In this document: one piece after another, positions 39,066-48,547 of the stretch
How the letters are laid out: the number at the start of each line of letters is the position of its first letter
How positions within the stretch are numbered: position 1 is the first letter of the stretch
Assembly: GCA_032128875.1 (NCBI GenBank)
Contig: JAVLKG010000005.1
Span: 128,001 to 192,000 of the forward strand
Source: Candidatus Melainabacteria bacterium 17Bon1m
GTDB lineage: Bacteria > Cyanobacteriota > Vampirovibrionia > Obscuribacterales > Obscuribacteraceae
Length of the DNA: 64,000 nucleotides
Direction: 5' to 3'
Translations under genes and position numbers: made by a program
Notes under the pieces: model-generated
Database searches by the model: none
The model's input: the letters and a program-made list of their open reading frames with translations, nothing else
What the model was told of the DNA's origin: nothing

Positions 39066-39119
39066 TGAGGCTGGCGCGCAGGGCGGATCCAAATCCACCA
39101 TTGCGCGCCAACGTCTCAA
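39066..39119. repeat. 54-nt structured direct repeat, copy B
   Basis: Same 13-nt and 16-nt arms as copy A with a different 25-nt centre. Confidence 0.85.
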
Positions 39120-39157
39120 CATTCAGAAGCGATAGATACCTACCGTCTAGGCGATAG

Positions 39158-39212
39158 GTTCAGGTAAGTTCAGTTCCGTTCCGTTCGGTTCAACTCAGCT
39201 CAGCTCAGCCGA
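39158..39212. repeat. Degenerate pentanucleotide tandem array
   Basis: GTTCA GGTAA GTTCA GTTCC GTTCC GTTCG GTTCA ACTCA GCTCA GCTCA GCCGA. Confidence 0.7.
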
Positions 39213-39706
39213 GCCAGCGTTGTCGCGATTTCTTTGACCGCGTTTTCTTTCCACGCGATCATCATCTGGTCGCATCCGACGTCGGCGGCTTTGAGCTTGG
39301 CCAGACCTTCGGCCATGACTTCCAGCCCCTTCTTGTTGCCTGACTCGGCGAGGCACTCGCCGAAATTGGCTTGCGCCAGGGCGACCTGGTGGCTGTCGGC
39401 GGCGTGATGCGCGCGTGCGACTGCGTATGCCGTGCGGCAGTGACGCAGAGCGGCTTTCGTCTGCCCCCGCTTCTGCGCGATGACGGAGCGCGCGAAGTAG
39501 TATTGGGTGGGCACGCGGTTTTCCAGTCCGCTCATATCGTAGAGCTTACTGGCGGCCGCCAGGTGAACTTCCGCCGCATCCAGGCGGTTACTGTTGACCC
39601 ACATAATGGCCAGATTGACCTTTATGTCGGCTTGAGAAGCGAAAAGCTCCTCGTCGGTAGGCTGGTGGTGGCAGTTGCAGCCTTCGTGATGCTCCTTTTG
39701 GGACAT
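39200..39706 (-). CDS. TPR-like helical protein with a His/Cys-rich N-terminus
   Basis: Start at MSQKEHHEGCNCHH after AAGGAG. Confidence 0.7.
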   Translation of the reverse strand: MSQKEHHEGCNCHHQPTDEELFASQADIKVNLAIMWVNSNRLDAAEVHLAAASKLYDMSGLENRVPTQYYFARSVIAQKRGQTKAALRHCRTAYAVARAHHAADSHQVALAQANFGECLAESGNKKGLEVMAEGLAKLKAADVGCDQMMIAWKENAVKEIATTLARLS

Positions 39707-39820
39707 CGTGACGCTCCTTGCGTCTGCAATACCGTGCAGATTTCGGTGGACTGCACCATGCAATCCCTGTGGTTCCGCTGGTCTTGCGCCGGTTTTTCCC
39801 AGCGCAAGACGCCTGACCGA

Positions 39821-40168
39821 TTACTGGATGAAGTGGATGATCATCCCGTAGCGGTGCGGAACACTCGGATTGTTCGCCACTTTGATCATGGCGATGATCG
39901 GAGCGACTATGCTCCAGATCCCCACGATGAAGAGCGTGACGAATCCGATGGCCACGAAGCACAGCGGAATCGAGATCAGCGCGTAGAGAATCATCGTCAA
40001 CTGGAAGTTGAGCGATTCACGAGCGTTTTGCTTGACCGTGTCATTGTCGGCAATCGCCAGAATGGCAATCGGACCGACGATCGAAACGACAAGCGAGGTC
40101 AGCAAAGCGCAGGCATGCGCTAATACTGAGAGAAGCGAGCTTTCGCCCGAAGTAGAAGTTTGAGGCAT
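39821..40168 (-). CDS. DUF4870-family membrane protein
   Basis: LAH..GP...VKQNARESLNFQ...YG pattern; RBS GAGGA. Confidence 0.8.
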   Translation of the reverse strand: MPQTSTSGESSLLSVLAHACALLTSLVVSIVGPIAILAIADNDTVKQNARESLNFQLTMILYALISIPLCFVAIGFVTLFIVGIWSIVAPIIAMIKVANNPSVPHRYGMIIHFIQ

Positions 40169-40309
40169 GTGAGTGTCCTCTGGTTTGATGTTACAGATGA
40201 ACTTCGAACTGTCGCAGGGCGGCGCAAGACACACCGCCCCGCGTCAGGGTTTGAATCGCAGTGCGACAGTCAGGCAGAGCATTGAGATCTCTGCCTGGAC
40301 CTTCGCGAA

Positions 40310-40909
40310 TCAGCGATTCATGAAGAACGCGTCGAACTTCTCGCTGCGGGCGAATCCGCGCTTGAGAAGCTCCTCGCGCATGTCCTCGGGGTTTCCTGCG
40401 AAGGAAAAACTGCAGGACGAGCTTTCGCCGCAATCGTCGGGCAGATGATCGCCGAGAAGGTGCGAGACTTCCTGGTCGTATTGGCAGCCGACGCGGTCGA
40501 AATACGCAACAGGCGTCAGGACGAACCAATGCGGGTAATCCGGCGAATATTCGTCTTTGTCGTCAGACACGAAGAAATAGAAGTCCGCCGGCTCGAAAAG
40601 ATTTTGGTGCTTCTCGTAGAAGGCGTATGCCTCGTTGCTCATCAGGTTGTCGGCGAGTTCCTGGTCGGACTCCGACTCGTCGCTCAGGTCGAAGACTCCG
40701 AGCCCCTTGATCGTCGTCTTGACGATGGCGCCGTTCTCTTCGACAACGATTGCCTTCAGCGGCAACGTGCGGTGGTAGAAGAGGCGAACGATCGGCTCGC
40801 CCTTCTTGCCCTTCTTCGAAACGCGCTTGAAGTCTTCCGCGCCTTCGCCGAAATCGGCTGGCCAGGCGGCGACAATTGCGCGCTTGCAGTCCTCTGTTGA
40901 GATGGACAT
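40310..40909 (-). CDS. Hypothetical protein
   Basis: Codon-biased ORF in the array. Confidence 0.75.
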   Translation of the reverse strand: MSISTEDCKRAIVAAWPADFGEGAEDFKRVSKKGKKGEPIVRLFYHRTLPLKAIVVEENGAIVKTTIKGLGVFDLSDESESDQELADNLMSNEAYAFYEKHQNLFEPADFYFFVSDDKDEYSPDYPHWFVLTPVAYFDRVGCQYDQEVSHLLGDHLPDDCGESSSCSFSFAGNPEDMREELLKRGFARSEKFDAFFMNR

Positions 40910-40960
40910 GCGTTTTTCTTTCTGCTCTAAGCTTTGTACTGAAGCTGTGGGCGGTCTGCG

Positions 40961-41560
40961 CTAAGCCGACCAGCCACAATTCCAGAAGGCGACGATGCCC
41001 TTGCGTGAGAGCAAGGCGATCACTTCGTCGCGGGTTGCTTCATGGACTGCGCAACGCTGACTGGGGAATGCCTCGTAGTCTTCGATGACATTCTTTGTCT
41101 GATGGTTGCGGCAGCGTGGCGGAACGTAGTTGATGGCAATGCCCGCACCGGAGGTGAAGGAGCCACCATCTTCGCCTATGAAGGCGACATAGTCGCTGCA
41201 CAGGCGATTCCAAAGTTCTTTCGCTTCCCTGAGAGAGGCTTGGAACTCGACTGCGGCGATGTCCTTATCTTTGTAGGACGGACGGTCACCGTACTTCGCG
41301 TTCATGTGCGGAAAGACAACCACCCGCACCGAGACAGATTCAAACGTAGGCTTCACCGCCTTGGCGGCAGCCTCGTCTTCTGCGAAAACGATCAGTTCGC
41401 GCAAACCCACACGCACGTCGTACTTCTGCTTGTATGCCCACGGCGTTTCGCCCGGGCAAAGCTTCTTGTAGAGCGCGTTGCGTTTGGCGTTCAATTCATC
41501 GAACTCCTTTTGAGTGCCCGGTTTGATAGTAGTTTGCGTAGTCGACATGCTCGTCTCCAT
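40961..41560 (-). CDS. Hypothetical protein
   Basis: ORF in the array; start may be 41548. Confidence 0.7.
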   Translation of the reverse strand: METSMSTTQTTIKPGTQKEFDELNAKRNALYKKLCPGETPWAYKQKYDVRVGLRELIVFAEDEAAAKAVKPTFESVSVRVVVFPHMNAKYGDRPSYKDKDIAAVEFQASLREAKELWNRLCSDYVAFIGEDGGSFTSGAGIAINYVPPRCRNHQTKNVIEDYEAFPSQRCAVHEATRDEVIALLSRKGIVAFWNCGWSA

Positions 41561-41573
41561 GAATTGCGCAGGC

Positions 41574-42188
41574 TTACTTGCGCCAGCCTGCGTACTTTTC
41601 GCCCATCTTCGCGGCGTACCGCTCGATGTCGCCGCGGTTGATCACAGACACCGTCACCGTGCTGCCGTATTGGCTGCCGGTGTGATAGGAGCCGACGTCG
41701 TGTCCAATCGCGTGGATGTTCTTGCGCATGAACTGCAGCAGCGCCTGCGGCTCGGAGCCGGCGAACGACTTCTGCATCAGCGCGCGATCGAGGTCTTTCA
41801 TCGAGATGATCTGGTCATCGTCGTAGTCGATCTCGTCGAAGTTCTTCAGCGCAAACGGGACCACGCGCGAGACGTTGTCCATGTGCTCGAAAGCACGCCC
41901 GGGCGCCGAGTAGGCGGTGAGGAATGCGGACGCCCCGAGAGCCACTGAGAAGACGCCGGCGATGCCGAGCCAGCCCATCCACATCGGGAGCGCGGTGTAG
42001 ATCGCCCAGCCAGAGATCAACCCGGGAGCAGCGAGAACTGCCAGAGCGATGACACCAGCGATGGTGACCTGTCGTGTCAGAGCGAAACGACCCTGATGTT
42101 CGAACGTCGAGACGAGCCCGATTCCGATGAGCGTGCCAAATCCCACGGCAACCGCTGCGAGAAACAATGAGTAGCCGATTTCCATCAT
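41574..42188 (-). CDS. 3-TM membrane protein with an EF-hand-like loop (paralogue 1)
   Basis: FDEIDYDDDQIISMKDL; start after AGGAG. Confidence 0.75.
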   Translation of the reverse strand: MMEIGYSLFLAAVAVGFGTLIGIGLVSTFEHQGRFALTRQVTIAGVIALAVLAAPGLISGWAIYTALPMWMGWLGIAGVFSVALGASAFLTAYSAPGRAFEHMDNVSRVVPFALKNFDEIDYDDDQIISMKDLDRALMQKSFAGSEPQALLQFMRKNIHAIGHDVGSYHTGSQYGSTVTVSVINRGDIERYAAKMGEKYAGWRK

Positions 42189-42298
42189 GCTCTCCTGGTT
42201 CGTGTTTCGTTTGCTTTGCGGTCTGCAAAACAATGTCTGCAGAACAATGAAGGTTGGCGCCTCGCTATGAAGCGGGGCGCCGTTGTTGTCGAGACGTC

Positions 42299-42937
42299 TT
42301 ACTGACGCCAGGCGGCGTACTTTTCGAAAGTCTTTTCCGCGTACCCTTCCAGATCGCGCGGGCTGATCACCGACACCGTCTTGCTCGACGACGTCGTGCC
42401 GTTGTAGGTCGTGTAAGACCCGACACCGTGACCGATCTCACTCATGTTGGAACGCATGAAGGTGAGCACTTCCTGGTCCTGGGCGGTGCCGAAAGCGGTC
42501 TGCATCAGCGCGTGCCCGAGGTCACCGTCCGAGAGAACTTTGTCGTCGTCGACATCGAGCGTGGTGAAGTTCTGCGTGGCAAACGGAGCCACCAGTGGCA
42601 CCATCTCGAGGAATTTGCGCACGCGAGCCGGAGCCGTGACAGCCGTGATTACAGCCGCCAAAAGGATTCCGCCGGCGCTGCCGCCGAGCATGCCGAAAGC
42701 GACCGGCCAGTTGCGGTCGGTGAAGATTTCGAATCCGAAGATAAGCGAGGGGATGATGACGAGTGCTGCCGCGACAACAGTGGCGATACCCACCTGTCGT
42801 GCCAGAACGCCTTTGCCCTTGTGCTCGAGTGCGCCGACGATTAGCCAGCCAATCAAGGCGCCAACCATCGCACACATGCTCCCGAAGAACATGAGGAAGA
42901 AGATTTCGAATGTCATTGATGTCTCCATCAGTTGCAT
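42299..42937 (-). CDS. 3-TM membrane protein with an EF-hand-like loop (paralogue 2)
   Basis: FTTLDVDDDKVLSDGDL; start uncertain (42937, 42928 or 42916). Confidence 0.75.
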   Translation of the reverse strand: MQLMETSMTFEIFFLMFFGSMCAMVGALIGWLIVGALEHKGKGVLARQVGIATVVAAALVIIPSLIFGFEIFTDRNWPVAFGMLGGSAGGILLAAVITAVTAPARVRKFLEMVPLVAPFATQNFTTLDVDDDKVLSDGDLGHALMQTAFGTAQDQEVLTFMRSNMSEIGHGVGSYTTYNGTTSSSKTVSVISPRDLEGYAEKTFEKYAAWRQ

Positions 42938-42949
42938 GAATGAAGCGAG

Positions 42950-43264
42950 CTAGTCCTTGTCTTTGTTCGCTTGTTGCGATTTCTTTGCGTCGCCGCAAAG
43001 AGCGAAGATCACGCCTGACGTGAAGGACAGGAGTGCGACAGCGATCATGGCGGCGACGAACTTTGAGCCGATGACGAGCGCAAGAACGCCAGCCAACCAG
43101 TTCGATGCAAACGAGCCGAAGAGAATCGCCAGAATTAGAAGTCCGTAGGCATAAGGCTTCGCCTTGGGCGCCCACGAATACCGATGCAGTCGAACCCCGG
43201 CGAGCATGCCGCCGATCAGTGAGGATACTGCCAGAACGAGAGGCAGTAATTGATACTGCTCCAT
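42950..43264 (-). CDS. Small membrane protein
   Basis: 3 hydrophobic segments. Confidence 0.65.
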   Translation of the reverse strand: MEQYQLLPLVLAVSSLIGGMLAGVRLHRYSWAPKAKPYAYGLLILAILFGSFASNWLAGVLALVIGSKFVAAMIAVALLSFTSGVIFALCGDAKKSQQANKDKD

Positions 43265-43380
43265 GGAGCTAGTTCCTAGTTTCGTTTCAGGAAGGCGGGA
43301 CGGAGATTTCCTGCAAGTGTTTCTCGCGATGTTTTGCGCACTTGAAGTTCATCCCCGCCCGGCTTTCGTTTCTGATGGCC

Positions 43381-43695
43381 TTATACAGCAGGCGGAAGCC
43401 CGCTGCGAACACGGCCCGTTACGACGTTGTACGCGATGGTCAGTGCCGTAGTGGCAGCGAAACCCGCGAACATCCAGCCCGAGATTTCAAACGCGCTCTG
43501 CTTGATGCCGAGCTGCCCAACGAAGACGTTGGCGAACCAGGCGGACGTGAGCGGGCTGAAGTGCATGAAGACGAAGTAGCTCGCGACGCCGATGGCGGCG
43601 GCAACTTGTCCGACCGGGAGGATATGTGCAACGGCGATGCCCAGTCCGACAGCGATGAGGACCAGGACGAGTGTGAGAGCCTCGATGTTTTCCAT
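43381..43695 (-). CDS. Small membrane protein
   Basis: Start at MENIEAL after GAGGAG. Confidence 0.65.
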   Translation of the reverse strand: MENIEALTLVLVLIAVGLGIAVAHILPVGQVAAAIGVASYFVFMHFSPLTSAWFANVFVGQLGIKQSAFEISGWMFAGFAATTALTIAYNVVTGRVRSGLPPAV

Positions 43696-43858
43696 CTGAC
43701 TCCTCGCAAAAATAGCGTTGTTCGCTGGTCGATTTTGCGACCAGGGGTGGACGGGTCGACGATGAGCGGCAGCACTTGCGCGCTGCAACTCATCGCGTAC
43801 CCCGCAGGCTCTTAGCCGCCAGAGCCGTGGCACGAGGGCAATGCCCTCGCTTTTCTTG

Positions 43859-45547
43859 TTACGCTTGACCCGCGAATTCCTTTGCAGGGTAAGCATTGTC
43901 GACGATTTGCTTCGCGTCGACCTTTGCAGGCAGCGTGCCAAAGGCATAGCCGCCCGCATTCGTCAGTCGCGAGGCGACAAAAGCCTTTGCCGACTCTTCG
44001 GAAGCATCACGCAGCATCAGCGAAGCCTGAAGCGCGAGCGCCAGGCGTTCTACGAAGCGGCGAGCCGTCTTCTCGAGAGAGGCTGCAGCAGTGTTTGTGG
44101 CAGGCTTGGTCTTGAGCGCCTTGATGTCGTGTTTCACCGAAGCCACGAACATGTCGTAGCGCCGATTGCGACCCAATGCGCTGTCCAACTCGTCGACGAC
44201 TGCGTCGAGCGTGTTGGGGTTGGTCGAAACCGCCCTCAACACATCCAGGCAAATCACGTTGCCGGAGCCTTCCCAGATGCCCAGAAGCGGGCTTTCCCGG
44301 AAGAGGCGAGGCATCGGACCTTCTTCGACGTAACCGTTGCCGCCGAAGCACTCCAGTGCTTCCGCCACCGCCATTGGTGCACGCTTGCAGACCCAGTATT
44401 TGGCAATCGCGCTGACGATGCGCTTGAACTGAGCCTCCTTGGTGGACGTCTCCGCCTTGTCGTAGGCGTTCGCGACACGCATCATCAGACGCGTAGCTGC
44501 TTCCGACTCCAGAGCCAGGTCCGCCAGGACGTTGACCATCAGCGGCTGCTCACTGAGCAGCTTGCCGAATGCAGAGCGATGATGGCAGTGATGCATCGCC
44601 TGCAGAAGCGACTGCCGCATCAAGGCCGCTGAGCCGATGATGCAGTCGAGCCGCGTGTGGTTGACCATCTCGATGATCGTGGGCACGCCGCGCCCTTCGT
44701 CGCCGATCAAGAACCCGAGCGCGTTGTCCAGCTCAATCTCGCTGGACGCGTTGGATTTGTTGCCCAACTTGTCCTTGAGACGCTGGATGAAGATAGCGTT
44801 CTTTTCCCCGGTCGGCTTGAAGCGCGGCACCAGGAAACATGACGGACCCTTCTCCGTTTGCGCCAGGATCAAGAACGCGTCCGACATGGGCGCCGAGCAA
44901 AACCACTTGTGGCCGGTCAGGAAGTACTCCTTACCCGGTCCCGCAGCGCCGACAGGCACCGCTTTCGTGGTGTTGGCGCGCACATCCGATCCGCCCTGCT
45001 TCTCCGTCATTCCCATGCCGATGGTCACACCGGTCTTCTGGAAGTACGGCAGGAAGCGCGAATCGTACGCGTTCGACGTGATCAGCGGTTCCCAGACAGC
45101 GGCAATCTCCGGCTGCTTGCGCAGCGCAGGAATCGCCGAATACGTCATGGAGACCGGGCAGCAGTGTCCTGCTTCATTCTGGAACGCCATGTACAGCAGA
45201 GCTGCACGCGCCACATGCGCACCTTCGCGGGGATCCGTCCAGGGCAGGCTGTGAGCGCCGGCTTTGATAGAAGCAGACATGAGATGGTGATAGCTGGGAT
45301 GGAAGTCGACCTGGTCGATGCGCTCACCAAAACGCGAGTGCGTTTTCAGCACCGGCGGGTAGGTGTTCGCCTCGATGGCGCTTCCAATGCCAAAGGCGCT
45401 ACCGGCAAACAAGCCGAAGCCCTTAAGTCTATCCTCAGCCCAATCAGCGCCGTAGCGCTTGATCAAGTCTTGCAGCAAAGCATCGCTTTCGAACATGTTG
45501 TAGTCCAAAAGCGGCTTTGCTTGGTTGAATACAGCATGAGTTGCCAT
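43859..45547 (-). CDS. aidB: AidB-like acyl-CoA dehydrogenase
   Basis: THAVFNQ, MTEKQGGSDVRAN, GHKWFCSAP, QRLKDKLGN.SNAS and IWEGSGNV motifs. Confidence 0.92.
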   Translation of the reverse strand: MATHAVFNQAKPLLDYNMFESDALLQDLIKRYGADWAEDRLKGFGLFAGSAFGIGSAIEANTYPPVLKTHSRFGERIDQVDFHPSYHHLMSASIKAGAHSLPWTDPREGAHVARAALLYMAFQNEAGHCCPVSMTYSAIPALRKQPEIAAVWEPLITSNAYDSRFLPYFQKTGVTIGMGMTEKQGGSDVRANTTKAVPVGAAGPGKEYFLTGHKWFCSAPMSDAFLILAQTEKGPSCFLVPRFKPTGEKNAIFIQRLKDKLGNKSNASSEIELDNALGFLIGDEGRGVPTIIEMVNHTRLDCIIGSAALMRQSLLQAMHHCHHRSAFGKLLSEQPLMVNVLADLALESEAATRLMMRVANAYDKAETSTKEAQFKRIVSAIAKYWVCKRAPMAVAEALECFGGNGYVEEGPMPRLFRESPLLGIWEGSGNVICLDVLRAVSTNPNTLDAVVDELDSALGRNRRYDMFVASVKHDIKALKTKPATNTAAASLEKTARRFVERLALALQASLMLRDASEESAKAFVASRLTNAGGYAFGTLPAKVDAKQIVDNAYPAKEFAGQA

Positions 45548-46014
45548 TTTAGGTTCCTCGTAGACTATTTTCAGCCGGAATAAACTTGCAAAAGTCCTTC
45601 CACCTCTCTCACCTTGGGCTTCTCCAATTCAGGCGTGCTGTTCTTTGACACAGGAGTGTCTTAAAAGCGCATTTGAATAAGCGTATTGACGCTGTTTTTG
45701 CTGGAGATGTCGTGGGAAAGAAGTAATGGGAAGGAAGGCTTATTACATAGCTGAAAAGAGGAAGAAACTTCTATGAAGTGGTGTAACGAGGTGCTTCGTA
45801 ATAGATCTCAATTAGAGAAAACACGGAATTGAAAACGCTTAGCACATGCGCGTTTTCATTGTTTTCCTTTGCACTGCTCGAACTTTATACAGCCGGTTTG
45901 CCTTGTTTTCTTTGCCGCAGTTTATCTATTCCGCGTAGTGCTAGCACCGCACTGCAAGCGTCCGGACTGATGTCAAGCGGCAAAAGTTAGGTGCCAATTC
46001 TTGTGGGAGAAAGG

Positions 46015-46602
46015 TCAGTTTTTCCAAGCTTCCGGTTCTGCCGTAACCGTTACAGTCAGTTTTGAGCTGGATGTAAGACCGGAAGCTCCCAGCTCTGCAA
46101 CCTTCTCTCTTTCTTCTACAAACTGATTTGTAGCGACCGAAAGTCGCCTCAGGTGAAAGTATGCGACCAAGTAACTTCCTTCGTATCTTATGATGACCGC
46201 TCTGCCGTAACCACCACACCAGCCTGCATACAGCACTTTTCCTTTCGCCAATGAATAAAGCGGACTGCCTAACGGACCATCGAAACGTGCTGTAAAAATC
46301 TGCTTTCCGCGATCTCTTTGAGGTGGTTCTACGGTGTGCACTCTTAGCGCATTGGCGAATAGTTCGTACTTGCCTGGCGAGGCTATATGAGTTCTCGAGA
46401 TTAGTTTTAAGTGTGAATTTGCAGCTATTTTTCTGACTGCGTCTTCAACAAATTCTCTTACTGGATGCTCGACACCGCTCTCGAAGATTGGAGAGGCTGA
46501 AGGTTCGCTTGCCGCAAACGTAGGAGGTGTCTGAACTGGAAAAAAACAAATTGAAAGCGCTAGAAGGGACGCGTAATGAAGTTTGCGCGATATGTGTTGC
46601 AT
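46015..46602 (-). CDS. M23 peptidase-like protein (metal ligands appear degenerate)
   Basis: GKVLYAGW.GGYG..V.I..AYFHL...GASG; HxxxD and HLH not evident. Confidence 0.6.
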   Translation of the reverse strand: MQHISRKLHYASLLALSICFFPVQTPPTFAASEPSASPIFESGVEHPVREFVEDAVRKIAANSHLKLISRTHIASPGKYELFANALRVHTVEPPQRDRGKQIFTARFDGPLGSPLYSLAKGKVLYAGWCGGYGRAVIIRYEGSYLVAYFHLRRLSVATNQFVEEREKVAELGASGLTSSSKLTVTVTAEPEAWKN

Positions 46603-46683
46603 GGTTTCGTGACCAATTTGTCTGGCTATTATTGCAGACTCTGGTTTGATGACTTGAGTTACGACTAATGGTCGAAGCGCTCG

Positions 46684-47019
46684 CTATTGAGTTCCAGCCA
46701 TAAGTTCGATAACAAGCTTGAAGTAAGCCTCCAGGTCGTTGCGGGAGATGGAATCAAGCATTGAGTCTTCTCCTTCGTCAAACGAGTCAGCAATCGCCTC
46801 ACGATTATCCAGTAAAAACTGTATAAAGCTCTTCTCTTTGGCGTCTCTTCCCGGCGTCGTCAGCTCATCTTCAAGCTCGGTGTACTCCAGGTATCCGTTG
46901 CCGTTGCGGTCCAACGTGTCGAAGGTCTTGTACGCAAACTCTTTGATGCGTGTCAGCTCGTATGTCATTGAGCCTGAGCTGCCGCTGCCGAACCATGCGT
47001 TGTTTTCGTTGTCCGCCAT
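46684..47019 (-). CDS. EF-hand protein
   Basis: FDTLDRNGNGYLEYTEL canonical loop; RBS AGGAG. Confidence 0.8.
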   Translation of the reverse strand: MADNENNAWFGSGSSGSMTYELTRIKEFAYKTFDTLDRNGNGYLEYTELEDELTTPGRDAKEKSFIQFLLDNREAIADSFDEGEDSMLDSISRNDLEAYFKLVIELMAGTQ

Positions 47020-47224
47020 GGGCTTCTCCTGCGCGACAAGGTAACTCCAATTCGAGGATTCTATTCCTCACTCAAAAGACTGTTCCCTGATTTAGGATGA
47101 ATTCCACGAATCGCCGCAATTGGCAATTCTTCTCGCCAAGTGAAGTGTCCTGTAATCAGCATTCGCATGTTGTTTCGTCCATGAAAAGTCGTGGGTACAT
47201 TTAGAGAACGAAACCGGCAATTGG

Positions 47225-48523
47225 TTGACGGTTTGGAGTGGAAACGTGCGGTTTGCAAAAACTTACCGATGTGGACGCACAGCGCTTATTCTGGCGCTGC
47301 TCTTTGCTGTTTCAACCAACGATGTTCAAGCGCAGATGGTGCAAGACCTCATCCGGCGCGGCGTTCAGGCATACAATGCGCGTCAGTACGCATCTGCGGT
47401 CAACAATTTGCAAGCGGCTGTTTCTCGCGACCCGGAAAATGACACTGCCCATTACTATTTGGGCAATGCTTTGATGGCCTGTGGCAATAAAACTCACGCG
47501 CTGCAGGAGTATTCGCGTGCATTTCAGTATTCGATGGATGGCGAAATGCTGGACAATTGTGCGCGCGTGTTAGAAGCCTACCGCCAGCCGTTGCCGCGCC
47601 GAACTCCACGTGCCCGCCGAAGTGCCGCTGGTCTCAACCCCTATACCACAGGCTCCGTACAGGAAATGAATCGGCTGGCCGAAACGCGTGTATCGCAAGC
47701 GCGCCGCGCGATGGAGAGCCATTCCAGTTCTCTCGATGTTTTCAAAACCGCTCCGGAGAATAAAGACGGCATGAATAGGGCTTGGGACGACTGGATTCTC
47801 AAATATCGCTATGCCTTTAACAATGTTTTGAAAACATATACCGGCGGTCGCAGGCGATCGGGCAAAACGCGCATGGTCTTTAGCGTGACTAGCGCTGGAC
47901 GCTTGCGTGGACGCATCGTCGACACAGATGCGCCGATATTTCTCACTGATGCAATGCTTGCTACGACACGCAAACTAGACGGTGACTCCGGACTTTCATT
48001 TCCGTCGGGTTCGCAAATTCCCGGCTTCAATTTCACGATGACTTACGACTACGGTGCGCCGGAGCCGGAGCCCACCACCACAGCTGCCCTCAGAACAACT
48101 AATACAAGTGCAGCGCTGCGAGCGCCGGGCGGACAGAGTGCGGTTGCAGGCAAACTCGCAGGTCCGCAGGTGAATTCGACTCTGTCATCGACGAGCACTT
48201 CGGCGGCGCTTGCTGCAAAAAATACGAAGGCTGGGCTGAAATTGCCTGAGGGCGACCGTGCCACTGCAGCCGGGACGCTTGCCGGCACAAACGTTGCAGG
48301 CAAGATGGGCGCCGGTTCTACGAGCGCCGGAATGTCTGCTGGAGCGGCTGACGGGCTGGGTGCCGATAGTGACGGAGGGCTGCCTAGTGTGAGCACCGAT
48401 GTAAGCGGTTTGCTTTTGCCCAAGCCCAAGATGGAAGAGCTTAAGGCTGCTCCTGCAAAGCTTTTGCAAAGCAAAGGTTCGTCTGGTAAAGTCTTGCCGA
48501 AAGGCAAAAACAAGCGGAAATAG
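47225..48523 (+). CDS. Exported TPR protein with a low-complexity C-terminus
   Basis: Signal-like segment; AHYYLGNAL TPR; A/G/T/S-rich tail. Confidence 0.7.
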   Translation: MTVWSGNVRFAKTYRCGRTALILALLFAVSTNDVQAQMVQDLIRRGVQAYNARQYASAVNNLQAAVSRDPENDTAHYYLGNALMACGNKTHALQEYSRAFQYSMDGEMLDNCARVLEAYRQPLPRRTPRARRSAAGLNPYTTGSVQEMNRLAETRVSQARRAMESHSSSLDVFKTAPENKDGMNRAWDDWILKYRYAFNNVLKTYTGGRRRSGKTRMVFSVTSAGRLRGRIVDTDAPIFLTDAMLATTRKLDGDSGLSFPSGSQIPGFNFTMTYDYGAPEPEPTTTAALRTTNTSAALRAPGGQSAVAGKLAGPQVNSTLSSTSTSAALAAKNTKAGLKLPEGDRATAAGTLAGTNVAGKMGAGSTSAGMSAGAADGLGADSDGGLPSVSTDVSGLLLPKPKMEELKAAPAKLLQSKGSSGKVLPKGKNKRK

Positions 48524-48547
48524 GATAACAACGGCAGCAGAATTAGT

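Noticed and set aside
39200-43695. Prophage
   Set aside because: No terminase, capsid, tail, integrase or replication genes recognised anywhere in the window.
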